From an uncultured Acidobacteriota bacterium (GTDB lineage Bacteria > Acidobacteriota > Blastocatellia > RBC074): a DNA stretch of 64,000 nucleotides. Below are positions 46,896 through 60,600 of the stretch, piece after piece. Position 1 is the stretch's first letter. Each line of letters opens with the position of its first letter. A model generated the notes under the pieces. It saw only the letters and a program-made list of their open reading frames with translations. It was not told the origin of the DNA and did no database searches. The stretch covers positions 64,001 to 128,000 of the forward strand of contig CAWCKY010000006.1 of the NCBI GenBank assembly GCA_963796275.1, in the 5' to 3' direction. The position numbers and the translations under genes were made by a program.

Positions 46896-46915
46896 TTCCC
46901 AGAGGAGATGACGAT

Positions 46916-47926
46916 ATGCCAATTCGAATTGGTATCAACGGTTTTGGGCGGATTGGCCGCCAGGTTTACAAAGCGATCCGCGAACACTACGACGAGGAGA
47001 TCGATGTCGTCGCCATTAATGATATCGGCCGAATCAAGATCATGACGCACCTGCTGAAATACGACACCAACTACGGTCGGTTTCCCGGGGAAGTCGAGGT
47101 GCGCGAAGACGGCTTCGTGGCTGACGGAGACGAGGTCAAGGTCTTTGCCGAAAGGGATCCCGCGCGCCTGCCGTGGGGCAAACTGGGCGTTGACATTGTC
47201 GTCGAATCCACCGGCCTGTTCCGGCAGCGAGACAAGGCAAAGCTCCACCTCGATGCCGGAGCCAAAAAAGTGATCATCACTGCGCCGGCCAAGGGGGAAG
47301 ATTTGACCATAGTCCTCGGTGTCAACGAGAAGATGTATGATCCGGCCCGGCATCACATTATCTCGAACGCTTCCTGCACCACCAATGGGCTGGCTCCAGT
47401 GGCCAAGGCGCTCTTCGACAAGTTCGGTATTGAGAAAGGCATTCTAACGACCGTCCATTCCTATACCAACTCGCAGAAGTTGTTGGATCTCGAAGCCGAG
47501 GACCCGCGCGATGCACGTGCCGCGGCGATGAACATCGTGCCGTCCGAAACCGGCGCGGCAAAGGCCGTCGGGCTGGTGATTCCAGAACTGAAAGGGAAGT
47601 TTACCGGCATGGCGTTCCGGGTGCCTACACCCACCGTCTCAGTCATCGACTTTACTGCCGTACTATCCCGTCGTGCAACGGTCGAGGAGATCAACGCGGT
47701 TATGAAGGAATACGCCGAAGGGCCAATGAAAGGCATTCTGGCTTACTCCGAAGAGCCTCTGGTCTCGAGTGACCTCAAAGGCGATGTGCATTCATCGATT
47801 TTCAGTGCACTCGATACGCTGGTTATCGGCGACGACCTGGCGAAGGTCGTGGCGTGGTATGACAACGAGTGGGGATATTCGATGCGCGTCGCGGACCTGG
47901 TTCAATATTTGGCGGTGAAGAAGTAG
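46916..47926 (+). CDS. gap: Type I glyceraldehyde-3-phosphate dehydrogenase
   Basis: [26 protein letters not shown]. Confidence 0.97.
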   Translation: MPIRIGINGFGRIGRQVYKAIREHYDEEIDVVAINDIGRIKIMTHLLKYDTNYGRFPGEVEVREDGFVADGDEVKVFAERDPARLPWGKLGVDIVVESTGLFRQRDKAKLHLDAGAKKVIITAPAKGEDLTIVLGVNEKMYDPARHHIISNASCTTNGLAPVAKALFDKFGIEKGILTTVHSYTNSQKLLDLEAEDPRDARAAAMNIVPSETGAAKAVGLVIPELKGKFTGMAFRVPTPTVSVIDFTAVLSRRATVEEINAVMKEYAEGPMKGILAYSEEPLVSSDLKGDVHSSIFSALDTLVIGDDLAKVVAWYDNEWGYSMRVADLVQYLAVKK

Positions 47927-48172
47927 TAAGTAGCGGAGACTGAGGAGGTACCACCGACTCGGGTCGTACGGCGCTGGCGCTGAGCAATCGGAGACCCACC
48001 GCAACAATTCTAGAGCTGGACTTTGGCATCGACTGGTCCAGGGCGCACTCGCTCGCCCTCTCTGGCCAGCATTTGTGGTTGCGCGGACAGGTCGACGGTC
48101 ATCCAGACGCCGGGCGGTTCTGGTGGGCGAGGTAATCAGAATACAGGCTGAGCCGACCACTGAAAGGAAGGC

Positions 48173-49120
48173 GTGATGAAAGTTGGAATTGTAGGCAGCG
48201 GATTCGTCGGCGCAACAGCCGGGTATGCGCTCGTGATGCAGGGCGTGGGGCGTGAGATCGTCTTCGTGGACAAAAACGAAGCCCGCGCCGAAGCGGAGGC
48301 GGACGACATTCGCCACGCCGTGCCATTCGCGCACCCTCTTGAGATCAAGGCGGGCGGTTATGAGGTACTGGACGATTGTCGGGTGGTACTGCTCTGCGCG
48401 GGCGTCGGGCAGAAGCCCGGAGAGTCTCGCCTGGAGCTTCTCCAACGCAACGCGCGAATCTTCCATGAGGTGGTACCGGCAGTGCTTACGAACGCACCTG
48501 ACGCCGTGCTCGTCGTCGCCACCAATCCCGTTGATCTGATGACCCACCTGGCCGCGCGCTACGCCGCCGATTGTGGTGTACCCGCCGGGCGCGTCTTCGG
48601 CTCGGGTACGACTCTTGATACGGCCCGTTTCCGGAGCCTTCTCGGAAGTCACTGCGGCATCGATTCACAACACATTCACGCGCATGTGATCGGCGAGCAC
48701 GGCGATTCGGAGGTGCTCACGTGGTCGCTCGCGACTGTGGCCGGCATGCCACTGGAAACTTTCGTCAGGCTTCGCGCGATCGACCTCTCCGAACCTGTGC
48801 GGCAGGAGATCGACCGCCAGGTGCGCTGTGCAGCCTACACGATCATCTCTGGTAAAGGAGCCACATATTACGGAGTAGGCAGTGCGCTGGCTCGCATCGT
48901 GAAGGTGATCCTTTACGACCAGCGCGCCGTTATGACGGTGTGCTTGCCCACCCTCGAGGTTGCGGGTGTTCCCGACGTCACCCTCTCCCTGCCTAGGCTT
49001 GTGGGCGGGTCAGGTGTGCTTGAGACGTTCCCCCTGCCTCTCAGCGAACAGGAGAACGATCAATTGGGTAAAAGCGCGCGGGTTATCAGACAGGCCCTTG
49101 ATGAACTGGAAGTCCGCTGA
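48173..49120 (+). CDS. ldh: L-lactate dehydrogenase
   Basis: [16 protein letters not shown] (Gln specificity residue), TNPVD, GEHGDS, KGATYYG. Confidence 0.94.
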   Translation: MMKVGIVGSGFVGATAGYALVMQGVGREIVFVDKNEARAEAEADDIRHAVPFAHPLEIKAGGYEVLDDCRVVLLCAGVGQKPGESRLELLQRNARIFHEVVPAVLTNAPDAVLVVATNPVDLMTHLAARYAADCGVPAGRVFGSGTTLDTARFRSLLGSHCGIDSQHIHAHVIGEHGDSEVLTWSLATVAGMPLETFVRLRAIDLSEPVRQEIDRQVRCAAYTIISGKGATYYGVGSALARIVKVILYDQRAVMTVCLPTLEVAGVPDVTLSLPRLVGGSGVLETFPLPLSEQENDQLGKSARVIRQALDELEVR

Positions 49121-49129
49121 CGGGAAGAA

Positions 49130-49550
49130 CAGTTTTCAGTTTTCAGTTTTCAGTTGTTGGAAATAGTCAAACTGAAAACTTTTTCCGAGGAATCGTTAAT
49201 GTCGTGAGCGACGCCCTGAAACAATAGTTTTCAGTTGGTGGAGAATCTAAAACTAAAAACTAAAAGTGACTGTTCAGCCTCTTCGCCGCGTTAGCGGCGA
49301 TTGATTGTAGCCGTGGGTTTTAACCCACGGAAGGCTTGAAGGATATTCCCGCGTCGCGTTAGCGACGCCTGAATTCAACCGTCGCTGACGCGACGTGAAA
49401 AAATCTTACCGCCACCGTGGGTTAAAACCCACGGCTACAATCATCCGCCGCTAACGCGGCGAAGCGGATGAGCAGTTAATTTCAGATTTTAGTTTTTAGC
49501 TGACCTGTCTTTGATCAGCAACTAAAAACTGAAAACTGAAAACTGAAAAC
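49130..49550. repeat. Composite of AAAACTG heptamer hairpins with a nested ~200-bp REP element (49275-49470)
   Basis: GTAGCCGTGGGTTTTAACCCACGG...CGTCGCGTTAGCGACG...CCGTGGGTTAAAACCCACGGCTAC. Confidence 0.85.
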
Positions 49551-50300
49551 CATTTACCGAGGAGGTGAGTATGGCTACAACTGATTCCGCCACGCAAAGA
49601 AGGATGAACATTGATCAGTTAGCGATTAACACGATCCGTACCCTTTCGATAGATGGGTGCAGGAGGCTAACTCCGGTCATCCAGGCACGCCCATGGCATT
49701 GGCGCCGGTTGCTTATTGTCTGTGGCAGCGTTTCCTGCGGTTCGACCCCGAACACCCGATCTGGCCGAATCGCGACCGCTTCGTGTTGTCGGTGGGGCAT
49801 GCCTCGATGCTGCTGTACTCATTGCTGCACCTGACTGGAGACGTGAAAAAATCTTACCGCCACCGTGGGTTAAAACCTGGTTAAAACCCACGGCTACAAT
49901 CAATCGCCGCTAACGCGGCGAAGAGGCTGAGGAGTTAATTTCAGTTTTTAGTTTTTAGCTGACCTGTCTTTGATCAGCAACTAAAAACTGAAAACTGAAA
50001 ACTGAAAACCATTTACCGAGGAGGCGAGTATGGCTACAACTGATTCCGCCACGCAAAGAAGGATGAACATTGATCAGTTAGCGATTAACACGATCCGTAC
50101 CCTTTCGATAGATGGGGTGCAGGAGGCTAACTCCGGTCATCCAGGCACGCCCATGGCATTGGCGCCGGTTGCGTATTGTCTGTGGCAGCGTTTCCTGCGG
50201 TTCGACCCCGAACACCCGATCTGGCCGAATCGCGACCGCTTCGTGTTGTCGGTGGGGCATGCCTCGATGCTGCTGTACTCATTGCTGCACCTGACTGGAG
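49393..50300 (+). repeat. Tandem duplication (~450-bp unit) of REP half, RBS and tkt 5' end
   Basis: 49393-49840 vs 49841-50300; several substitutions and small indels. Confidence 0.92.
49571..49840 (+). pseudogene. tkt: Truncated, frameshifted 5' copy of transketolase
   Basis: MATTDSATQRR...LLHLTG then junction; GATGGGTGC vs GATGGGGTGC in the intact copy. Confidence 0.9.
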
Positions 50301-52111
50301 TGAAGGCGGTTAATCCCAAGTATGAAGTGCTGGGCGAGCTCTCCGTGCCGCTCGACGAATTGAAACGCTTCCGGCAACTCGGCAGCAAATGTCCCGGTCA
50401 TCCTGAGTATCGGTGGACGTCCGGCATTGAAACGACCACCGGCCCGCTGGGACAGGGTGTGGCGACAAGCGTGGGCATGTCGATCGCGTGCCGGTGGGCG
50501 GCCAGCCACTTCAATCGTCCAGGCTTTGAGTTATTCAATTTCGACGTCTATTCCCTGTGCGGGGATGGGTGCTTGATGGAGGGTATCACGGGTGAGGCGG
50601 CGTCGTTGGCGGGCCATCTCAGGCTCTCGAATTTGTGTTGGATATACGACAACAACAGGATCACCATCGAAGGCAATACTGCGCTGGCATTTAGTGAAGA
50701 CGTCGCCACGCGCTTCCTCGGCTACGGTTGGAACGTTGTGCGCGTGGGTGACGCCAACGACCTGGACATGCTTGAGCGCGCGTTCAACACCTTCAAGAAC
50801 ACGAACGACCGGCCCACGCTGATCATCGTGGACAGCCACATCGCGTATGGCTCTCCCACCAAACAGGACACCAGTGCGGCCCACGGCGAGCCCCTGGGCG
50901 AGGAGGAAATCAAGGCGACCAAACGGAACTATGGCTGGCCCGAAGACGCCAAGTTCCTCATACCGGATGGCGTGCGCGAACATTTTCGCGCTGGTATCGG
51001 TCAGCGCGGAGGGAAGTTGCGCGATGAGTGGAACGAGTTGTTTCAGAAATACCAGCTCGAATACCCAGAGCTTGCCGAGCAGGGCTACCAAATGTTGCGG
51101 CGCGAGTTGCCCGCAGGATGGGATCGCGACCTGCCCACGTTCTCCACTGGCGGTAAAGGCATGGCGACGCGCGAAGCCTCCGGACAAGTGCTCAACGCGC
51201 TCGCGCGCAACATTCCATGGATTCTGGGCGGATCTGCCGACCTTGCCCCTTCGTGCAAGACGCGGTTGACATTTGAGGACGCCGGCGATTTGAGCGCGGA
51301 AAACCCCGCCGGTCGCAACCTCCACTTTGGGATCCGCGAACACGCGATGGCCGCGATCATCAACGGGTTATCGCTGTCGAAACTCCGTCCATTCGGTTCA
51401 GGGTTTCTGATCTTCAGCGATTATGCCCGGCCGGCGATACGCTTGAGCGCCCTGATGGAAATCCCAGTCATCCACATCTTCACGCACGATTCGATCGGCG
51501 TCGGCGAAGACGGGCCCACGCATCAACCTATCGAACAACTGGCCTCGCTCCGCGCCATCCCGGGGTTGATTACTCTCCGGCCCGGAGACGCGAACGAAGT
51601 TGTTGAGGCTTACCGCTTCATAATGCAGCTACGTCATGAGCCGGTCGCGTTGATCCTGTCCCGGCAGGCTCTGCCGATCCTGGACCGCAGCAGGTACGGG
51701 CCAGCATCAGGGTTGGCGCGTGGAGCATATGTATTGGCAGAAGCACCCGGCGGCGAACCCGAAGTGATCCTCATCGCGTCGGGCAGCGAAGTCGGCCTCG
51801 CCGTGCTGGCCTATGAGAAGCTGCTCGCCGATGCCATCCGTGCGCGCGTGGTTTCAATGCCGTCCTGGGAAATTTTCGACCACCAGACCGAAGAGTACCG
51901 CGACAGCGTGCTGCCTCCGGGTGTGAAAGCGCGGCTCGCTGTAGAGCAGGCCTCGACTTTGGGATGGGAGCGTTACGTAGGCTCGTCAGGTCGCATCATT
52001 GGGATGAAAACATTCGGAGCCTCGGCCCCGCTCAAAGAACTTCAAAGGAAGTTCGGCTTCGAGCCTGACTATGTGGCTGCGGCCGCGAAAGAACTGCTCG
52101 GCAGAGCATAG
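50030..52111 (+). CDS. tkt: Transketolase
   Basis: SGHPG, GPLGQG, GDGCLMEG, GEDGPTHQP. Confidence 0.97.
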   Translation: MATTDSATQRRMNIDQLAINTIRTLSIDGVQEANSGHPGTPMALAPVAYCLWQRFLRFDPEHPIWPNRDRFVLSVGHASMLLYSLLHLTGVKAVNPKYEVLGELSVPLDELKRFRQLGSKCPGHPEYRWTSGIETTTGPLGQGVATSVGMSIACRWAASHFNRPGFELFNFDVYSLCGDGCLMEGITGEAASLAGHLRLSNLCWIYDNNRITIEGNTALAFSEDVATRFLGYGWNVVRVGDANDLDMLERAFNTFKNTNDRPTLIIVDSHIAYGSPTKQDTSAAHGEPLGEEEIKATKRNYGWPEDAKFLIPDGVREHFRAGIGQRGGKLRDEWNELFQKYQLEYPELAEQGYQMLRRELPAGWDRDLPTFSTGGKGMATREASGQVLNALARNIPWILGGSADLAPSCKTRLTFEDAGDLSAENPAGRNLHFGIREHAMAAIINGLSLSKLRPFGSGFLIFSDYARPAIRLSALMEIPVIHIFTHDSIGVGEDGPTHQPIEQLASLRAIPGLITLRPGDANEVVEAYRFIMQLRHEPVALILSRQALPILDRSRYGPASGLARGAYVLAEAPGGEPEVILIASGSEVGLAVLAYEKLLADAIRARVVSMPSWEIFDHQTEEYRDSVLPPGVKARLAVEQASTLGWERYVGSSGRIIGMKTFGASAPLKELQRKFGFEPDYVAAAAKELLGRA

Positions 52112-52253
52112 CTGTTTTAACCGACCATATCCGGCTTTGAAAGCTTGTTATTACCCAAACTATTTTCGGTTTTGCACCGGAGCAGCAGCGGAATGTTGCC
52201 GGTGGTGAAGCGTAGCGTAACAAGTAGAATCTCGTAACAAGTAGAATCTCCAC

Positions 52254-52410
52254 TTTGTTCCCGACCTGGAGTTGGAGTGATCCATGCGCCAACTCGAGTT
52301 TCTCTATTCGCAGACTCAGGATTTCACCTCTTCTCATTCCGGTGTTGAGAGCTGGAATGACAATCGGCGCAAATGCGCCTTCCTGCCTAATCGCATATTC
52401 ATTAGTCGTC
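52254..52410 (-). mobile_element. Tyrosine recombinase/integrase remnant
   Basis: PIVIPALNTGMRRGEILSLR (box I motif), frameshifted upstream, no box II. Confidence 0.7.
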
Positions 52411-52577
52411 TACCGATAGATAGCGCTCTCGGCGATTATTGAGGCGAAGCTTGCGAGTCCTCAATGCTGCATAGGCCGGACGAGCCGCGTTATCTGCGAG
52501 ACTCAAAATAAGGTGTCCATTCGTCAACAAGCATAGGTATTAAACGTCAGCAAATTTTGAACAGAATCGTGAGATGC

Positions 52578-52616
52578 GCATAATGAAAATAATGGTGCAT
52601 TATGAAAATAACGTGT
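52578..52616 (+). promoter_or_regulatory. Tandem Fur/Mur-box-like repeats upstream of the NRAMP gene
   Basis: GCATAATGAAAATAATGGT GCATTATGAAAATAACGTGT. Confidence 0.35.
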
Positions 52617-52714
52617 GCATTCGAGAAAAAAGCGTGAATGAGCTGATGAACCTCCCGATCAATCGCGAGTTGTGGTAATGGTTAGTCGCAGTATTTGTCA
52701 TCCCAGATGAAGAG

Positions 52715-54037
<1,323 letters not shown>

Positions 54038-54379
54038 GGGTGAGCCTTCGGTGAGCAGTTTTGGTGATGGCACCTTCCTGTGGGTCAGGGCTGGCCCATT
54101 TCGATCACCTCATTCGGCCCACCCCGTAGTTAATGTTTATCCCTGGAAGCTTCTGCTCCATGATTGTGCACTAAATGCTGACATAGAATATCTGCTCCCT
54201 TTTTACGATGGCCATTTCTCAAAAGTTACGCCCAAATCTTGGAGTTTGCCAGCAGTATCTCAAGAGTGAAGACTGCGACATCCTGAGATGGGCGAGGTTT
54301 CAGCGGCTTACGCGCGAAGTATTACACACGATATTTGATCATGGGGTTGCCCCCTCTTTGCAAAAACGACGATATCTAA

Positions 54380-56915
54380 ATCTAATCCAGGGGTTTATCT
54401 ATCGCTCTGGTTTATCTGTAAGTAACTTTGGTTAACCTGTTAATAAATTTAATAAAAATTCGAAATTTGAGTATTTACTTTCTGAAATGACTACCGTATT
54501 ATCCGCTGTGTGGTTACCATACGGTACTACGGGGACTGATTGTCAAAAAAAATACGGATTGCCAGGTTAAGAGATGGTTTCTCTCTTGACGCCCGTATTC
54601 ATATACTAGGTTTCATGTAACTCAATCCAGATGTGACTCTAGAATATAAGCTAGTAGAATACTTCGCAATTTTGTTATATATTCACCTATTGTAAGAGAG
54701 CCATGAGCCGCATCCCTTCGAGATACATGATTGCATGTAGTATCAGCATGCTTTGCGTAGCCGAATAATGAAGCTTCTCCTAAACGGCTGGAGATATAGA
54801 GAAATCTGAGGTCACCCAGTAGTCTGAGGTCGCCCAGTAGAGAAATCCTTAGCATCTCTGCCGCAAACGCTTTCATTTCATTCCGCGCACAGTACTATTT
54901 CACCTCCACGCTGATTTCTTGCACCAATAAGCCGGTAGTTCAAAATGAATAACTATGATTGGCGCCTGCTATGCCATGCAGGTGTAGCGCGAAGGCTCGT
55001 CTGGCGTCATATGGTAGTTACGATATGGCATAGGTAGCATATGTTATTATCAGTGTTATATCGATGTTATAGGATTGCAGAGTAGAAAAAACAAAGCCCC
55101 GTTGCTACTGTCGGGTAACAACGGAGCATGTTTGACAACACAATCTTCGCCGCACATTCGCGCTTTGATAGTGCATCATCTGATCGGCACGCATCATAGC
55201 GCAAAGTCAGCGAAGTCTCAACTATATTATTTTTGTAGACTGAAGCTCGATGCGCTTTGCCTTCACTCACAACCGAAAAGACGACAAGCCGAAATGCATG
55301 ATCTCAGGCCTCCTCCCGAGTGGCATTTCCGTCTTTATCTGTGTAACACCACAACTAATCAGTTGAAGTAGGCAGGCAATAGCTTCGCTCTATTTATCAG
55401 AGTGCCCATCCGCGAATGAAACACAGCTCCTCTCTGGAAGAAGAGTTGTGGCAAAGAGTTGGTTAGATTCGGAGCCGGAAGGGCGCGATAACCGAAATGC
55501 TGCCTCGACATGAGGTTTCCTTTAGGGTCCGATCAGGTGGGGTGAAGTGCGCCTTATGGCGGGTTTTACTGATGCTTGAGCGGGGTGAGGTGTGCCTTCC
55601 GGTTAGTTCTCAGGCGACCCACGGAGAAGGTCATGGCTGATAAAAGGAGAGCATCAAATCCGGGGGTTTGTCTATCGCTCTGGTTTACCTGGAAAGTAAC
55701 TCTGGTTGACCTGTTAATAAATTTAATAAAAATTCGAAATTTGAGTATTTACTTTCTGAAATGACTACCGTATTATCCGCTGTGTGGTTACCATACGGTA
55801 CCACGGGGACTGATGTCAGAAAAACATACGGATTGCCAGGTTAAGAGATGGTTTCTCTCTTGGCGTCCGTTTCATATACTAGGTTTCATGTAACTCAATC
55901 CAGATGTGACTCTAGAATACAAGCTAGTAGAGTACTTCGCAATTTTGTTATATATTCATCTATTATAAGAGAGCCCTGAGCCGCATCCCTTCGAGATACA
56001 TGATTGCATGTAGTATCAGCATGCTTTGCGTAGCCGAATAATGAAGCTTCTCCTAAACGGCTGGAGATATAGAGAAATCTGAGGTCACCCAGTAGTCTGA
56101 GGTCGCCCAGTAGAGAAATCCTTAGCATCTCTGCCGCAAACGCTTTCATTTCATTCCGCGCACAGTACTATTTCACCTCCACGCTGATTTCTTGCACCAA
56201 TAAGCCGGTAGTTCAAAATGAATAACTATGATTGGCGCCTGCTATGCCATGCAGGTGTAGCGCGAAGGCTCGTCTGGCGTCATATGGTAGTTACGATATG
56301 GCATAGGTAGCATATGTTATTATCAGTGTTATATCGATGTTATAGGATTGCAGAGTAGAAAAAACAAAGCCCCGTTGCTACTGTCGGGTAACAACGGAGC
56401 ATGTTTGACAACACAATCTTCGCCGCACATTCGCGCTTTGATAGTGCATCATCTGATCGGCACGCATCATAGCGCAAAGTCAGCGAAGTCTCAACTATAT
56501 TATTTTTGTAGACTGAAGCTCGATGCGCTTTGCCTTCACTCACAACCGAAAAGACGACAAGCCGAAATGCATGATCTTCAGGCCTCCTCCCGAGTGGCAT
56601 TTCCGTCTTTATCTGTGTAACACCACAACTAATCAGTTGAAGTAGGCAGGCAATAGCTTCGCTCTATTTATCAGAGTGCCCATCCGCGAATGAAACACAG
56701 CTCCTCTCTGGAAGAAGAGTTGTGGCAAAGAGTTGGTTAGATTCGGAGCCGGAAGGGCGCGATAACCGAAATGCTGCCTCGACATGAGGTTTCCTTTAGG
56801 GTCCGATCAGGTGGGGTGAAGTGCGCCTTATGGCGGGTTTTACTGATGCTTGAGCGGGGTGAGGTGTGCCTTCCGGTTGGTTCTCAGGCGACCCACGGAG
56901 AAGATCGTGGTTGAC
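54380..56915 (+). repeat. Tandem duplication of a ~1.27-kb AT-rich non-coding unit
   Basis: ~54380-55650 vs ~55651-56915; core essentially identical, ends diverged. Confidence 0.95.
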
Positions 56916-57624
56916 AATCGAAGAGCTTGAGATAGCAGACGCGGATTTCAGCATGACAATTATGTCTAATCCCAGACCGGCTCACGCTTACTACAATCGC
57001 GGGCTGATTCAATATTTCAGAAAAGAGTATGACGCCGCCATCAGCGATTTCGACCAGGCCATTTGGCTCGATTCGCGACTGGCCGAAGCGTGGTTGGATC
57101 GCGGAGCTGCCCGCATCTCCAAGTCGGATGTGGAAGGCGCGATCCGTGACTTCACGAAAGCCATCGAAATTAATCCGAAGCTCGTCCTCGCCTGGAGCAA
57201 TCGCGCCATCGCGCGGAGGGACAACGGCGAGATTGACGCCGCCATTGCCGATTTCGACCAGGCGATCGAACTCGACTCGAAGGGGGCGGAGCTATACGTG
57301 CACCGAGGCATGGCGTTCTATCTCAAGCAAGATTTAAACAAGGCGGAAGCGGATTTCACCAACGCCTTGAAGTATGACAAGCGACTCGCGGAAGCCTGGC
57401 TCAACCGCGGCCTCGCGCGGCACGCGCGGGGTGATCTGAGTGGCGCCGTCGCCGATTACGATCGGGCGATCAAGTTGAAGCCGCGGCTGGCAATAGCCCG
57501 GCTCAACCGCGCCATTGCCAGGTTCGAGAAGGGAGATAGAGAAGAGGCGGAGAACGATCTCGCCCAGGCGTTGAAGCTCGACCCGGCGCTCAAAGAGATC
57601 TTTGAACAATTGCTTCAGAAATAG
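56866..57624 (+). CDS. Tetratricopeptide-repeat protein (start uncertain, possibly TTG 56911 or 5'-truncated)
   Basis: About 6 repeats of A(Y/W)xNRG...AIADF(D/T)xAI. Confidence 0.9.
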   Translation: MPSGWFSGDPRRRSWLTIEELEIADADFSMTIMSNPRPAHAYYNRGLIQYFRKEYDAAISDFDQAIWLDSRLAEAWLDRGAARISKSDVEGAIRDFTKAIEINPKLVLAWSNRAIARRDNGEIDAAIADFDQAIELDSKGAELYVHRGMAFYLKQDLNKAEADFTNALKYDKRLAEAWLNRGLARHARGDLSGAVADYDRAIKLKPRLAIARLNRAIARFEKGDREEAENDLAQALKLDPALKEIFEQLLQK

Positions 57625-57632
57625 ATTGGCTA

Positions 57633-60600
57633 ATGAGTAACAGAAGTAATATCTCAAACTCGATTGACAGACACAGTATCGCCATTATCGGAATGGCAGG
57701 AAGGTTTCCGGGAGCCGGAAATATAGAGGAGTTCTGGCGGAATCTCTGTGACCGCGTAGAATCCATCTCTTTCTTTACCGAGAAGGAGTTAATGTCCTCC
57801 GGAGAAGCGTCTTCAGCCATAAAAGACCCTCACTATGTTGGTGCGCGAGGAATATTGGAGGGCGTCGAACTGTTTGACGCCTCCTTCTTCGGTTTCTATC
57901 CCAAAGAAGCCCAACTGATGGACCCGCAACACCGGCTCTTTTTGGAATGCGCTTGGGAGGCGCTCGAGGATGCAGGCTGTGTAACCGAGAGTTATGAAGG
58001 AGTAGTTGGTGTCTTTGGCGGCGCCGGAATAAACAGCTACTTGTTATCAATCCTTTCTCAGAAGCTGGAAGGCTTAAACGCGGCCGAATGGTACCAACTT
58101 GCGATTGGGAACCATAGTGATTTTTTGACTACACGAGTCTCTTACAAACTGAACTTGCGAGGCCCAAGTCTGAATATCCAAAGCGCCTGTTCTACCTCCT
58201 TAGTGGCGGTCCACGTGGCCTGCCGGAGTTTGCTCGGGCGTCAATGCGATATGGCGCTGGCGGGCGGCGTGGCTATCGGTCTGCCGCAAAAGAGAGGCTA
58301 TCTTTTTCAGGAGGGAATGATTCTCTCTCCCGACGGACATTGCCGGGCCTTTGACGCGAAAGCCCAAGGAACTGTACCCGGTAACGGTGTGGGGATTGTC
58401 GTTCTGAAGCGCCTCGCAGACGCCATCGCCGAGGGGGATCATATCTACGCTGTGATCAAAGGCTCCGCCGTGAATAATGACGGCTCTCTCCGAGTCGGGT
58501 TCACCGCGCCGGGCGTCGCAGGTCAAGCGGAAGTTATTGCCACCGCCCATGAGATCGCCGGGATCGATCCCGAGACGATCACCTATATTGAAGCCCATGG
58601 TACCGGAACTTCATTGGGCGACCCTATTGAAATCGCGGCGCTGACGCAAGTCTTTTGTGAGAAGACCGAGACCAAAGGATTTTGCGCCATCGGTTCGGTC
58701 AAGACAAACCTTGGGCATCTGGATGCGGCTGCGGGCGTGGCCAGCTTGATCAAGACGGCGCTGGCTCTTGATCGCGGTATGATTCCACCCAGCCTGAACT
58801 TTGAGCAGCCCAATCCGAAGATCGATTTCAGTGGGGGCCCCTTTTATGTGAACACGGAGCTTTCCCAATGGATGGCGGGCGATGCGCCGCGCCGCGCCGG
58901 CGTCAGCTCCTTCGGCATCGGAGGCTCCAACGCGCATGTCGCCCTCGAAGAAGCTCCCGCGATCGACAGTTTCGCATCGAGACCCTGGCAGTTACTGGTG
59001 TTGTCGGCGAAAACGGATTCCGCGCTGGAGACAGCCACTACGCGACTGGCCACTCATCTGAAAGGGCATTCAGACCTCAACCTGCCAGAGCTTAATCTGG
59101 CAGATGTGGCCTACACATTGCAGGTTGGCCGCAAGGCGTTCGCCCATCGGCGAATCCTTGTTTGCCAAACGCTTGAGGGCGCCAGGAACGCGTTGGAAAT
59201 AAGCGATCCCAAACGAGTCTTTTCAGCTTCCGTCGCTTGTGAGACTGACTCTCGTCCAGTCGTCTTTATGTTCAGCGGGCAGGGCGCCCAATATGTGAAT
59301 ATGGGGTTTGACCTCTATCAGGCCGAGCCTATTTTTCGAGAGACGATAGATTACTGCTCGGAATTGCTCAAACCCTATTTGGATTTGGATTTGCGCGATT
59401 TACTTTATCCCACTTCGGAAAAAGTGGAAGAGGCCGCTGCGCGATTGAGCCAGACTCGCGTCACACAGCCCGCCTTGTTTGCCATTGAGTACGCGTTGGC
59501 CAGGCTCTGGATGGAATGGGGGATCAGACCGCAGGCCATGATCGGGCACAGCGTCGGGGAGTACGTCGCGGCCTGTCTAGCCGGCGTTTGCTCGCCGGAA
59601 GACGCGTTGAGGCTGGTGGCCGCGAGAGGACGTTTGATGCAGGGGGCTCCGCAAGGCGCCATGCTCAGCGTACGACTCGAAGAGTCGGCCGCGCGCGATC
59701 TACTCGGCGGCAAGCTTTCATTGGCCGCGGTCAACGGGCCGGCGTCCTGCGTCGTTTCCGGGCCGCGCGACGCGATAGTTGAAATGGAGCAGCGATTGAC
59801 AGCGGAGGGCGTGGACCATCGCCGGTTACACACCTCGCACGCCTTTCACTCGGAGATGATGGACTCCATCTTGAAATCCTTTGAGAGGGAGGTCGAAAAA
59901 GCCACTCTCCGGTCTCCCCAGATTCCCTACGTGAGCGACCTCACGGGAACCTGGATAACGGAGGCGGATGCGACAGATCCTGGCTACTACGCGAAACACC
60001 TTCGGCATACAGTCAGATTCGCGGATGGGATCGGCGAGCTGTTGAATGATCCAAACATCGTTCTGTTGGAGGTCGGGCCGGGGCAGACTTTAAGCGCTCT
60101 GGCGCGGGAGAACAGCGGTGCCGCGCGAGGACGGGTTATTCTCAATTCCACACGCCATCCGCACGATCAGCAGTCGGACGTTTCCTTCATCCTCAACACG
60201 TTGGGCAAACTCTGGCTTGCCGGGGTCAAGATAGATTGGCCCGGTTTCTATGCGAAGGAGAGGCGGCTACGCGTCTCTTTGCCGGCATACCCGTTTGAAC
60301 GTCAGCGTTACTGGCTCGATGTGAAGGAATCAGCGATCACCGGCGACGTTTATCAATCAAGTTCGCAGGCAGGTTCGCGAGCAGGCTCGCGGGAGATCGC
60401 GGACTGGTTTTATGTGCCTTCCTGGAAACGCGCCGATTTACCCAGGGGGCTCGCGGCGAATGTGGCGCCAAATGAGGCTTTGGATGAAAAAGTAAACTGG
60501 TTGCTGCTGATCGATGATCACGGGCTTGGCTCTCTTCTGGCTGAGCGGCTCGTTGATCGGGGACAGGATGTGATCACAGTCAAAATGGGCAGGCGATTCG

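Noticed and set aside
47927-48172. Gene remnant between gap and ldh
   Set aside because: GC-rich and coding-like with an orphan GAGGAGG, but no frame gave a recognisable protein.
55440-55640. SRP RNA, c-di-GMP riboswitch or group II intron domain V
   Set aside because: Only short word matches (CCGGAAGG, GGCAAA, GAGCCG); the consensus context is absent.
54622-56620. Short ORFs within the duplicated unit
   Set aside because: No recognisable motifs, AT-rich, and an indel between copies alters one; probably non-coding.
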